A stretch of DNA of 64,000 nucleotides, from assembly GCA_047495785.1 (NCBI GenBank), contig JBLDXI010000016.1, forward strand, positions 682,001 through 746,000. Reading direction: 5' to 3'. A program made the position numbers and the translations under genes. Below the pieces are notes generated by a model, which saw nothing but the letters and a program-made list of their open reading frames with translations, ran no database searches and was not told where the DNA came from. The stretch comes from Lepidodermella squamata. Taxonomy: Eukaryota > Animalia > Gastrotricha. Positions 23,242-36,012 of the stretch are shown here, piece by piece (within the stretch, counting starts at the first letter, position 1; each line of letters starts with the position of its first letter).

Positions 23242-24742
23242 ATGATAAATAATTCAATGCTTGAAACAACGAGAAACTCGACGATGCCGTGGAGAGCTCT
23301 GTTCTATTTGATTGAGCCAAGTGAAACATATGGATTTTCAGTCAACGATACATCAGAATTAGCGATCGCCAGCACGAAATGCTTCTTACTAGCTACATTT
23401 GCTGAAATCGTCTACTCACATTTGAACGCTATGGACAATTATCGAATGCGAGATACGCTAACGTCATTCTCAGTGTTTTTACTATTTCATCTTCCAGAGT
23501 AAGTCAAAATCTCTCAGATAACTCGGATAAATCTATTTGCAATCATGTCTCTTAGTTTGATTCACAGAAATCCGGAGATGCTGGGTTATGAATGGATATG
23601 GAGTCATTCGAGGCTTTATGAATTTCATACAAACAATTACTGGACTTGGTTGGCTGTTTTCCTAATAGTAGATCTCTGGTACTACTTCTTCCACAAGCTT
23701 TGTCATGGTCAGTTACTCGATATTTCAATGTAGCCCCATTTCAAATTTTAATAATGTGATCAGGGTCCAACTTTCTAGGAGCATTTCACAACATAACCCA
23801 CAGCTCGAGCTGTTTCAATCTATCAACCGCCCTACGACAGTCCTATTTTGTGAAAATCACTTTCGCAGTAGGTTTCTGATTCATTTTTGTTTCGGGTGCG
23901 ATACTACTCCATTTTATTAGATTTCATGTTACCCCCTCGCCGTGTTAATCCCGCCGCCATTATTCGCTCTCCACTTTCAACTAAACTTCCTACGCCAACT
24001 GTGGCTACACTCTCGATTTATTCAAAACTTGGGCCCCATAGAATGGTTGTTCAATACTCCAAGCCATCATCGGATTCATCATTGCTGCAACAAAAACTTT
24101 GGCGGGTCTTTGATCATCTGGGACCGGCTTTTTTCAACATTTGCGAAGGAGATTGATAATGAACAACATAAAACCGGTCAAATGACGAATCCTGACCCTA
24201 TTGCACTAGCTACATACCCTTTCCTCCAAATTCTCAACATCAAGATGGATACCAGCAGCCGACCTAAGTCGATCAGCTCAGCTATACCGCTATGGGAGGG
24301 ATTTTATGGTTTTTTACACTTGATCATCGCGATTACGACCTTTTACAGAACCCTAGATATGCGTTTGAGTCCTTCTTCTTTCATTACCCTGGGCATAGCT
24401 TTCATAATCCTAGCAACTGTCTGCTCTGTCAGCTTTATTGTGGATCGCAAGCTGTGGTCTAAAGAAGTTGAAGTTTGCCGGCTGTTAGCCATTCTCGCCT
24501 TTTTGAAGCCTATTCTCAAGGCTCTGAAAGCAAAGCATTTAATCACATCGATTAGAATTATTTTCGTGCTTTCGCTTCTGCCATGGGCTTTGGCGGGATC
24601 GGAAAGGAACTCGAATCATGTTACTGCGCTGATGGAGGGCAAACTTGATACACCACGTCTAAGTAAACCCGACGATTCTAACAAGCAGCATGGTCGATTG
24701 AGTCGGTCTGCTAGCGCTTCTGAGCTTGCTACAAGAAAATAA
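23242..24742 (+). CDS. Divergent AGMO-like protein, probably catalytically impaired (paralogue 3)
   Basis: Same intron positions and an open frame, but the motifs read [26 protein letters not shown] and HHRIHHCCNKNFGG. It also has internal deletions and a longer polar C-tail. Confidence 0.8.
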
Positions 24743-24841
24743 TTACTGAGAAAAGGGCGTCGAATCTCAATAAAATGTTAATTGGACCAGTCAGAGTAAG
24801 CAAAAGGAGTCTGAATTCGTTCAAGATTTTTCCTATGATCC

Positions 24842-25376
24842 TCACAAGTTGAGCTGTTTGGTTGCCACCTTCTCTCGTCCTTTAGCTTCGTGTACCTTGA
24901 GGGGGAAATTCATGTTAATTTAAATAAATGGGATAATTATTTTTTCGGCTTACAGATCCATTTGCAGCATTCAAAATGATTAGAGAAGGGACACTTTTAA
25001 TCGTAAAGTGATCAGAAAGCTTGGTCTAAGTAGAATAATATGCCTTAAGTTCTAATTCAGCCAGGAACCACCTTACCCTTCTTTCCTCGTCATCGTAAGG
25101 AATCGTCAACCATGGCATAGTTTTGTAGTACTCGGCGTAGCTTTTCGCATCGTTGTCGCAAGAAACGAAGATAATCTCCAAATTGTTTTTGCCAGATTTC
25201 ACTTGCTTGTAGTAGTCGATTAGATTCGGCGTGAATGCGCGGCACGGTGGGCACCAGTGGCCGGAGAAATACAGACCAATAAATTTGCCCTCACCGCAAA
25301 GGCTAGAAATCGCAACCTCTTGACCGGCTGCATTTTTCACTTTCTCACCTAAGATGGCTGCAACAGTATTAGCCAT
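24842..25376 (-). CDS. Nucleoredoxin/tryparedoxin-like single-domain thioredoxin (WCPPC), 3 exons
   Basis: [32 protein letters not shown], then spliced IKSVPSLIILN and VHEAKGREKV...NL*. Confidence 0.9.
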
Positions 25377-25514
25377 GACTTGAATTAGCTTAAAAATCCT
25401 CTGGTTTTGATGATGTATAAGAAATACTGGGCCATGCCAGGTATAGCGTTTCTAAGAGACCATTGAGAGCCGAAAAAGCGCGAAATTCAAACGAATAGTT
25501 TATTAACACAGGTA

Positions 25515-26049
25515 TCACATGAATTGCTCGGGTGTTAATTCCTTATTCAACAGTTTTTCATAACCATTTTCTTCAAAGATCTAAAGAAATTGTAAATAGT
25601 TCATAATATGAATTAGTTATTTGATGCCTTACGTATCCTGTAGAACCATTTAAGATTATGAGAGTTGGAATTCCATCGATAGAAAAGTACTTTCTAACTT
25701 GATTCTAAAGAAATTTACTATGAGATTTCGACTGAATCAATCAAGGACTTACCCTTAAGGCTTCGTCTTCATAAGGAATGGTCAACCATGGCATAGTTGA
25801 GAAGTAATTTTTGAAGCTATCAGCATCTCTATCGCGAGAAATGAAAACTACCTCGAATTTTCCGCCGGGTTTTACTTTCTTGTAGAATTCGACCAGAAGT
25901 GGCGTGAAAGCTCGGCAAGGCGAGCACCATTGCGCCGAAAAGTACAGCGCAACAAATTTTCCACTGCCGCAAAAACTCTCGACAGCGACGCTTTCTCCTT
26001 GCCGGTTTTTCACTCTATAACCAATGAATTTTTTGATCACTTGGGCCAT
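25515..26049 (-). CDS. Nucleoredoxin/tryparedoxin-like thioredoxin (WCSPC), 3 exons
   Basis: [32 protein letters not shown], then spliced [12 protein letters not shown] and [10 protein letters not shown]...FM*. Confidence 0.9.
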
Positions 26050-26728
26050 GAGTTAATTGTTACGAGTTAATGATGTAGAGTGCAGGCTTATAAAGGTCTG
26101 AATGAACCATCTGCGAGCTCTCGTAGTTACGCTTGGAATGCATTGCTAAAATGCGCATATCGATTCGCATTTACACCTGAGAGTGAGAGTCCGATGCTCA
26201 GTAGCGAGCAATTACGCATTTGAAATGATAGCTATTTGCGGGTTTGTTGTTATAGCCTGAATCACATGAAATATTCATCACCGGGGAAAGTGATTGTGCT
26301 ACATGGTATTGGTGATTCATGATCGGAAAAACGGTCTCCAAGAGTGTTACTTGTTCGATATGGCATGGATCCTAATGCATTAGCGATGTTCTCGATATTA
26401 TAGTGATCGCTTGTTATCACGTCGTTAATTGTTTTGTCATCGCATTACTGTCTGAACTTGTTGCCCCATTAGGCTGTAATCATTCTAAGCTGTTAAAGGC
26501 ATTTGAAAGATCTTATGCCAAATGAGGCTTATTAATTCTCCACTTATAGCTGCTGGCCACCTTGACTGAAAAAGCAAGGATCTGGATATTATCCAAAGTT
26601 GCCTCACTCCAGTTTGAAATCCTGATTTCGATTTATTCAATTAAACCTGAGTATTAAACGATTAATAGGAATAAAACCGACAAATCATTGATTTCTAGCT
26701 TAGTGCAGTCCCTCGTGCTTATAGGCTA

Positions 26729-29071
26729 TTAGCAGATGATGGTTAAAAAAGCGTACAAATTCGTTGCCAAAAACATAGCTATCGAGAAGAGCAGAGCAGA
26801 AAGATCCATTGCTCGAACCAGCGAGACTCCTTGTATGAGGCGAATAAATGAGTCTTTAACCAGCTGCGCTGCAACCTTTTCGCTGTGATGTGACCATCCT
26901 AATATACAGCATTCGTAGACTGTTATAAGAGCCGTAATGCCACTTAGCATGAAGATGTACTGTACAAGAAGTATCGGCTCAGAAGTTTTCGGAATACTCA
27001 TCGCTGCATTGGACTGCGCAACTGTTAGAGATAGCAGAACAGTTGCGCAGAGAACAGATCGATTCGGGTCGTCTGGCGGGAGGAGAAATGAGGCATAGAC
27101 AAGGGTCATGATGATCAGACTCGTCGCAAATGAATTCAGCATGTAATAAGATGGATTTCGGTCCAGCCGAATTTTAACGGCGAAGTAACTTGATAACCTG
27201 TTCTCTCGCATTACTGAATTAGTGATTCCTATCTCTGACCTTGCGGATGAGACCCACCACATATCGCTGTTTAGGTTTTCACGGCCCTTGAAGAGTACGG
27301 CGGAAAATTTCTGAAATTCCGGAGGCTGTTCGATCATAAAGGTAAAGTCACAGCTTTGCGCGTCTAACGGGAACAAGCGAAGGTCCAGCTTGCAGTCGGT
27401 TTGAAATACGCCAAAGCGGACCCAGTGGAAATACAGGGTGCGGTTAGGTCTAGTGGGCAGGTAGACTATGTCAGTCCTATCTGAGTAGTAGAGGCTTGTT
27501 AGGAAAATGTCATCCGAACTGTTGGCTGATATCAAAGTGGGCCTCCAAACTCGGTCACCGTAAGCTGTGAACACGCGTTCTCCGTCATCTGCCCCAGGAG
27601 CTGTCGTTCTCCAATCGCAAGTTCGGACCATCCATTGCAAGCGGAGAGAGGCGAGAACTGATAACTGTTCCCGCATCACATCAATCCCTAGAAGCTTTTC
27701 AACGCTGAAAGTCGCGTAGATCTCCGTATTTGGGGCTGGGGCCATCACTTCAGCATTGATATATGGACAAGGGAGTAGATCGTCGATTATGACTAACGGG
27801 TAAATGTTCCCGTTGATCACATCGGGGATAGGTAACTCTGAATTGGAATAGATCTCATCGATGTGGCCAACATTTGGAATTTTTGTAGTTGTTGAGCTAC
27901 TAGGCTGCGAAGTAGTTGACGTTGAAAATTCTTGGCTGGTCGTCTCAGTCGTCGATGCAGTTGTTGTTGAAGCTGTAGTAGTATCAACAGCCGGGGTCGG
28001 GCTGGTTGCGGGATTGACTGTTGACGAATCCGGTATGGTCGTTGAATCTATGGCAGCGGTTGTAGTCGGTAGGCTAGTTGACGTGGTTGTAGATGATGTT
28101 GACGTGTAACAATCAGGCCCACATGCGATTTTGAACAAATAGAACTTGTTAAGCAAGACATCACCATCAGCATTCCCTAAGGCAGTGATGCTAATCTTCA
28201 CGTTGCCTGTGGCGATCAAATTTCGCAAGCCGGGGACATTCACGTTGCTAAAGCAAGTTCCTGGGACGCTCGAGCCACTTGGAGACATAACAACCTAGTA
28301 AAAAAACAAGGTAAATTATGGGTACATCTTGAGAACAATTTTCCTGTACCGTGATTGTATCGTTGTAGAACTGAATAGCCATGCTGTAATTCGCCATTGT
28401 TCCTGTGAATACATCTGCACCACAAGCCGTACTTGAAGTGGCCGAGGGCGTTCCGGGCATGTTTACACTTGGCGAGGAGGCCATTCCTCCTGGGACTGAG
28501 GTTACGTAAGCCAGCGATCCTGGTTTTATTCTTTGGAAGATTGCCAATCCTTGCATAGAATTAAAGCCGATATTGCAGCCAGATACTTCATTTCCTGTAA
28601 TAAAAGGTTATCTCAACAACAGAACTTTCTATGAAATTTTCACTCACCGAATCCAACCGTTGTAGTCGAAAGAAATATTCCCAGCCAGGCGTTTGTTGCT
28701 GATGTAGCATAGTTCGAAACGGCGTCGTATTCTATGCGGAGCTCAGATACGTCCGCTGGGATCGATTGGTTCATACTAAGCGTTCCGGAGCAGTAAACAA
28801 GTGATCCAAGATTCACGCCTCCCCCAACAAGGTTCATAGCCGTCAGCTGATAGCCTGAGTTGATATTAAGTTGCACACCCAAGGAAGTCGAAATTCCGCC
28901 AGAATTCGCCGTCACGCTTGAGTTGGCTGCGTCGAAAGATTGCCCCGAAAGGTAGGAAGCGGTGTAGAGCAGTGGTAGGGCCATCAGGTTTGTATTCGGA
29001 GTTGGATCTGAGGTTGCTGCATAGGTTTCCCGCGATAAGACATACAGGACAAGCAGACGGAGTGGCATCAT
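26729..29071 (-). CDS. Atypical Cys-loop ligand-gated ion channel subunit with an extra N-terminal domain and Ser/Thr stalk (~744 aa; exons 29071-28648, 28594-28350, 28294-26729)
   Basis: Signal peptide; LRLQW; VWRPTL; Cys-loop CKLDLRLFPLDAQSC; pre-M1 LDRNPSYY; four TM segments, with M2 RSVLCATVLLSLTV. Introns of 53 and 55 nt join the upstream ORFs in frame. Confidence 0.85.
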
Positions 29072-30540
29072 TTAACCGACAATTTGAACTGTCCTTTCTA
29101 GCTGGTTCGCACTCAATTCGGATAGGCACGATGTGGCTAAATAAAGCCTTTCCGCAGATCCGTTAATGAAAGCTATAATCACAAATAATGTTGGTAATTT
29201 ATGCACAAAAATACTGCGCAGTGAGTGCGCAATATGATTCCGGCATTTTTAATTGCCGCAACTTTTTCTCGAAAGCCAGCGGCTGAAGCCGCTTCTTACC
29301 TATGAGAGAAAAGTCACGTGGAATAGGTCACATGCGAATCACATGATGGAGCTTGGAAAACAGACAATTTCAAATGAAACATTAATGACGCTGAATGGTG
29401 CAAAATATTCGCATTCAGCCCAGTTAACTAAATTGCGCAATGAACTGCCTGAATTTAATTGGTTTTTTTAATTGCATTTGAATTTTCCCTGGTTCGCAAC
29501 TGCTAATTGTCCGGCTCAACTTCCATTACACATCGGGTTGTGCTGTCTACATTAAAGTAAAATGGCATAGGAGCTCGTCATCAAATGCAGCTGAATCTTT
29601 CACTAAACCATAGCTTGATAAACCGAAAAACTCCATGTTCATTTATTTTCTGTCTCAACACATTGCAACAAAATAAGGAGACACCGTGCTTGGATTACAT
29701 GTCATCTCAAGGGAACCCACAAAAATACACACGGCGTAACCTAATCACCACAAAAGTTCTTTCATATGACTTGAAGCCTTAAAGTACATGTCGGATGGCT
29801 TCGTCTGATGTTTCGAGGACGATAACCATTTCTGAATTGCAATGCTTGTTTACCATTGAATAATACATTTTGAAAGCATATTTAAAAGCTTTTTAGCCGT
29901 GGAACGGAAGCAAACGCGCGAAATATTATTTCCACCGACGTTCGATGCTGCGCAACGATAAGAGAAGCAATGTTAATTTTTTATTAAAAATGACCGCTTT
30001 GCAATTTGTGGTCTTCTGGGGCTAATTTCACCCGGATATCGCCAGTTCAAATCGCTTGTTTCCCCGATATCAAATAATGTGGCTTAATTTTTTGTCGAAC
30101 TTTTTTCTATCACTTGGGAAATCAAAGGCTCTCATAGAAGTGATTTCCATCAAATTTACGCCAAATTTGTCAGCGGTTGGTGGTAAACAAGCATGCTATT
30201 TATGAATCAGACCTCGAAAACTGACATCCGTGTCCAACATTAAGGTTCAATGATCATAATAAAATTAACGCTACTTATTCCCCCCAGCGTCGCTTGGAGA
30301 TTAATGATGAAGTGTCCACACACATATTTGCCAAAAAAGAGCGGTCGATTGCAGGGCAGAAAAACAGGTTCTCTGAATTTGAAGTAGTGAAGTAGTGGAC
30401 AAGTAATGAATGAATCTTCAGCCATTTAGATTCTTATAAGAGCAGACCGAAGCACAGCAGCTCACATGATTCTGTAACCCAGCAGAAAAATTCGCTGCAT
30501 CAGAACAACCAGCTGACGATTTCAGAGTGCGTAACAGTCA

Positions 30541-31256
30541 AGGCTCGGATAAACGGGCAAACATGTTTGCCAAACATTGACTTCAAACATTGCATTTACA
30601 AGTTCAAACTTTTTGTTCAAACATTGTTAACACCAACTAGGCTTCCAAACATGTTTGACCGTCTGAATACTCGTGTTTGAGAGAAAATGTTTGTGAAATT
30701 TGTTGAAAATGACTTCAAACAAAATCGCTCGACCGAGTGATTTTGTTTGACAAACATGCAAACATTTGGCGCTGTGGCTGCTGCGGAGCTGCCAGCCGGA
30801 ACGACATATGCGGAAGTTTTGCATGCGCTTCTTCAAAAAAATGGATAGAACACGATCACATTGATTCGTAAATGTCGAGGATCGCGCGGCAAGGAAAAAA
30901 AATCATATCAGAGTGGTCGAAAATGTAGAAGCATTCTACCCGTTTTTGTTATTTTTCTCCTATCATAAATTAAGCAAATTACCTAAATAATTTGCATAAA
31001 TTATGCAAATTATGTCCGCTTGCATAAATTATGCCTGATGATTTGCAAACATTTTGCTAGTTTTCTTGCAAACATTGCTTGAGCGTGTAAATGAAAGTTT
31101 GACAAACAAATGTTTGAAGCCTCAGGAAGTGACCTTTCACCTTTTCCAATGTTTGACAAACAAGTTTGTTCGTGTAAATGCATTTCAAACATTTTCATCA
31201 AACATCGATGTTTGAAGTAAATGTTTGACAAACTGTTTGCCCGTTTATCCGAGCCT
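30541..31256. mobile_element. ~716-bp MITE, PIF/Harbinger-like
   Basis: TIRs of about 50 bp starting AGGCTCGGATAAACGGGCAAACA, with 3-bp flanks TCA / TTA and many internal CAAACA/TGTTTG repeats. Confidence 0.8.
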
Positions 31257-31987
31257 TTAAACATATTGAAGGTATCTGGAGGTTCATCTGGAGATGGAAT
31301 TGAAAAACCAGGCTGTCAGAGAAATCATTTGGACTGGGGACCAGTGGATTTCTCAACACGTATAAGTAGCCTTTATTTCTCGTTCGCAAGAATACGAGTT
31401 GAAACTGACGCATTGTATGCACCACATAATTTTTTCAGAAGTATCACTACGTACTACTGCGCCTGTGCCGTGAAGTGAAAGCGACCTTCAAGAACGGCGT
31501 CTGAAACGCTTAAAACGCTTGTCAACTGCAGTAAAATGCAAGACAGCATCAACTCGACCGTTTTTGCACCGAAATCCACCAATTCCTATGCTTTTTCATT
31601 ACCTCGCGCGCTACTTTGGGTAGCAGGTCGGGTGATTTGCAGGTCGAAGACTTCGTGCCACCGGGAAATTTCGTTACGAGTTACGAGAAGAAACAAGAAC
31701 CTGCCTCCCACCCACCGACATCACTGACAAAGCAAAGATGTTCAATTCCTCGAATAAATATTTTCAGGGAAAAATGCTTCCTACCATCTATGTTGATATA
31801 ATCCTCCTTCGCTTATTATATCAGTCCCTTTCGGTTAGTGGCACTGCCAATGAGGAATTTCGTTAGTTAATTTTTGAGGTGCCAGCTTTTATATTGGCTG
31901 CCACAATTTGCAAGGGAATATGGTACGAGCAGGAAACTTTAAGCACGCCTGCTTAAAGGAGAGCAGCAGCTTTTACTGCTTCAACCT

Positions 31988-32059
31988 CGATCCTTCAACT
32001 TTCACAAGATCAGCAAGATTACGACGAATCGCAGCCTTATTTTCAATGCTTAGCGCCAT
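31988..32059 (-). pseudogene. Globin exon-1 fragment
   Basis: MALSIENKAAIRRNLADLVKVEGS, then unrelated sequence and a stop. The upstream promoter is homologous to those at 33650-33950 and 36012-36320. Confidence 0.8.
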
Positions 32060-33128
32060 AGCTGAGTTTTCCATTGAGTCAAAATTTCCAAATTGGGCGG
32101 CATGTGATTCAATTTGAAAAACAACTATCCGTGTCGATTCCATAGTCGAGCGGCTTAAATAGCTGAATTTTGCACAAATATTAATAAATCAATCGGCCAT
32201 GGCTGCATATTCCGTGGAGACCTGTTACCTATCCAGAGGATCGGAAGAACTTTGGTCAGCCCTTAGATTTTTCGTCACGTGCTGGACAATAGCTAATGCA
32301 ATTGACGTTCCCGCTGCGTATAGCACGTATGTGGAATGCAAAACATGGGGAGTTAGTAAAATATGGACAATATTTCGTAACGATTGCCAATTAAAATGTT
32401 CAAATTATTTTCTAAACTTTAGAGCGCTAAACAGAAAAATAGCAATCAATTTAGTTAGATAGAAAACGACAAATCCTACTTTAAAGCCTTGCTTTAAACT
32501 ATAAAATCTGCATTTATACCTCAAAGCTCCACTGTGGAATTTTAAACATCGTAATTTAAAAACTGTGATATAAAATTACCTACACACCTACGCAGGCTTT
32601 ACAAATTCAACTTGACCTGCGGCTACGTACTTGAAAGTTGGAAGATTACCATATTCAATATTGATATTCAAGGAAGAAAATGACCCAGATCATCCGGATT
32701 CAGCGCCCAGTAACGCTGCTTCAAGCACTTAGAAAAGCGTTTGGAGCTTCTAGTGGTCAAAACGTCTTTACGGACGATTAAAGCCCTAATATTCAACCGT
32801 CTGCATAGTTACAGTTTCAGTGACTTTTTGGCGAGGAAAAGGCGTCTCCAATCCCTTGTTACGTCTAGATAATGACTAGGAAAAACGCCTCATCGGAAAC
32901 GTATTGCGGTGTTGCGGTGAACCGAATCATTACCCGAATATATATCTTGTAGTTTGAACGGGCTTGAAGCAATTAATCTCGGCAAGTGGCGTAGCGGAGA
33001 ACGACAATAGTTTATTCTTCTATTAGGCTAACTGCGACGCAAACGTTTGAACTTAGGAAATAAACAATAACTTTGGGTATTCCAGCATGATACAACATGT
33101 CAATGAGTTCTCCAGTAATCAAAACCCA

Positions 33129-33650
33129 TCATGGCTTCTTAGCCTCTTCATCCATTATGCCCTGTGCTGCGGTGACCAGTCTCTTCCAAGCTTCAACATC
33201 AGCCGGCTTCATTTTCGTTCCAAGAAGTTGCTGCATCGTTTTCAGCAGAACAGCAAACGCGTTGACAAAATCTTGAGGCTGAAGACCAATTTTCGAATGC
33301 GCTTTTGATTTCAGCATTCCAGCCAATGCAGCTCGCAACTGCTCTACGTCATCCAGTTTGCCGATCATATCGACTACGACGGCGCCAACTGCTGGAGTTA
33401 ACTTACGCTTCATGTAGTCGCTCTTCGGTAGATCGGATGGCTTGAGATGGCGAATGGCTACAAAATGCTTATGATATCGGGGGTAGTCCTTCAGCAGCCT
33501 TAAAATATAATGAACGGTTAAATTATCATTCGAAGATCAAAGCTGATGAGTTGCTTACTTGGAGTAAAATGTGACCATCGAGCCTTCAACTTTCACAAAG
33601 TCAGCTAGGTTGCGCCGAATCGCAGCCTTATCCTCAGTGCTTAGCGCCAT
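33129..33650 (-). CDS. Intracellular globin, 153 aa (exons 33650-33559, 33498-33129)
   Basis: Globin pattern: B10 Tyr (TFYSK), C2 Pro and CD1 Phe (YPRYHKHF), proximal His (KAHSKIG), H-helix AWKRL. The intron sits at the canonical B12.2 position. Confidence 0.9.
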
Positions 33651-34222
33651 TTCTGAGTTGTTGCCTGAGTCAAAAGTTCAAAATTTAGTTATTGAAGATG
33701 GCTGAAAATGCAAATATCCGTGTCGACTTTATTGTTGACCGGCTTAAATAGCTGTGACAATGAATTACTTGGCTATGGTTGCCATTCCGTTGGGAATTGT
33801 TACCTACAAAGCTCGGGAGGATCATCAGGTGAACTTTTGTCGTCCCTTTACCATTTTTCTGTCACATGCAGAACGATTTTTGGCTTTTGCTAATGCATTT
33901 GACACGGCGCTGCGGATTCTCACGTATGTAGAGCGTAGAGTGTGAGTATGCCATGCATGGAAAAAGTTCCGGAACAAATGACAATTGAAATGTTTAAGGC
34001 GCTTCCCAAACTGTTTAGCGCCAAATTAATCATCGGCCATTATCAGTTTGAAAAAGTTGGAAATTGGGAGCTTCTCGTGTCGCATAGCTTGTGCGGACGT
34101 GTAGTCGTAGCAGCTTGTTTCAACAGCGTACCCGTCCGCTATATTGATTCCTAAGGAGGAAAAATAAAATGCCATTTAGCTTTTTCGTTACTTAAGCTTC
34201 CCTCTTTGGGTGTAATAGCTTC

Positions 34223-34245
34223 TAAATAAATAAATAAATAAATAA
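34223..34245. repeat. (TAAA)n microsatellite
   Basis: taaataaataaataaataaataa. Confidence 0.9.
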
Positions 34246-35774
34246 CCCCATCGAATTTAAGATAGACTGCCTAATCACAAGAAAAGAGCGGAACACCATG
34301 AGTCGCAAATTTTCAGCATGAAAAACGTTCAACATTTCGGTGGGAGAGTAAACAACGAAGTTGATTTTCTTCGATCGATTTCGCTAAACCAGAGCTGGTT
34401 CTCTCGAGTTTGTTGATGGAACCTGGAAGAGCATTTTATGAGGAACAAGATGGTTGTTTTTTTCGTAATTATTAGAATTTTTTTAAATTGCTCCAAATGC
34501 CCTTGTTCATAGTTTTTGAGCTTGCAAATAAAATGGGAAATCGACACTTACCTTCGGGGCTGTTGCGTTCGCCTAAGCCGCCGAGACTCGCCGTCTAGAA
34601 GTCCTTAAAAGCAATTTTCGCGATTCTCCTCGTCCGCCTGGACGACCGGGTACTCATTTCTGTTCTTGATCAGCGCTGTCGCATGCGTCGTATCTCCATC
34701 TTCCTGGCTACCGTTCAATGTCGCTATGCTGACAATGACGTTCGAAATGTTCCTCCTCTGCGTGAGGACGTCGAGAGCGTTCGTCTCACCCCGCCGCCGT
34801 CCCTGAAGTCACCAGTGTTTCTTCTGTCGCCTGCGCACTGTCTATGGCAAGCGCATGTTCACCCTATGCTCGAGCATTCATCGTTTCCTATTACTTTTGA
34901 TTGTTGATTTTGCAATGATTGTTAAAGCGATGTTGGTTGCCTCTAAATTTTTGATAGAAAAATTGTGCAGGGAGAGTGATAAATAAAGGCCATAGCCATA
35001 GCACAAATCGATCGAAAAAAAATCAGCCTCGTTGTTTACTTTCCCACCGAAATGTTGACCTTTTCCATAATTCAGCTGAACATCTGCGACCCATGCTCTT
35101 TTGTCGTGAGTAGGCAGTCTATCTTGAATTATGTCTATGCTCAACCCTTTAGCTACCAGCCCGTGGTAACAGCCGATAGAAGTGTTTGCTATGGGCAAGG
35201 TACGATGCTTTATCTTTCGCATTTTCGTACCACGAGTGCAGAATCTGCAGACATTCTCGGCAGCAAACATGAAATTTCCCACTTTCACAACTTCACAATG
35301 TTAGGAAGGTTCACAATTTCCCGAAAATTACTTAAAACTCAAACTTCCCGGCAGCAACGCTGCCTGGATCTGCAGATTCTACACCCCTCTTTCGTACAAG
35401 CAGTAACTACAAGAAGAGCAATGGAGATTTTCCATTTTGATGTTTAGTAGTCAAATCGATGAAGTGACGAACATGATCACATGAAACTGATTCATTTCAA
35501 TTCAGATTATCGAGGTACGAATAACTACCAGCACCCTTCCCAACTCTATGAACCATTTCATAAGTATATCGAAACCCATTCAAACACAATCAGTCGTATA
35601 ATAGAGAAATTTATTATTGTTTTTCTATTCCGAACTACGATTCCGAAAGTGAACTTTTACGAGTTCACAATCCGTAGTTTACATTTGTCTGATACTCTGC
35701 GAGTAATTCATTCATATCTGAGATTCGTAGCGCAAGATTTGGGAAATCGGAACGAAGGGCAGCGAATTGAGATG

Positions 35775-36012
35775 GCGTCAATTTACGTTTCATGTAGTCG
35801 CTGTTCAGTAGATCTGATGGCTACAAAATGTTTGTGATAGCGAGGGTAGTCTTTCAGAAGCCTGAAAAAAGTGCGAGAATATAGAAGGAAATCAGTCGAA
35901 ATTCATGAGGTGCTTACGTGGAATAGAATGTGACCATCGAGCCTCCAACTTTCACAAGCAAAGTCAGCTAAGTTACGACGAATCGCACATTGTCATCAGG
36001 GCTTAGCGCCAT
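35775..36012 (-). pseudogene. Globin pseudogene (5' half)
   Basis: MALSPDD... with frameshifts. The B12.2 intron is retained, followed by LLKDYPRYHKHFVAI, then a deletion and loss of homology after MKRKLTP. Confidence 0.85.

Noticed and set aside
30541-31256. CAAACA-rich repeats considered as a CRISPR-like or regulatory array
   Set aside because: Irregular spacing, enclosed by TIRs, in a eukaryotic context; explained as a MITE.
34600-35450. GC-richer stretch with overlapping 130-aa ORFs between the globins
   Set aside because: No recognisable domain or consistent splice model; possibly a decayed element.
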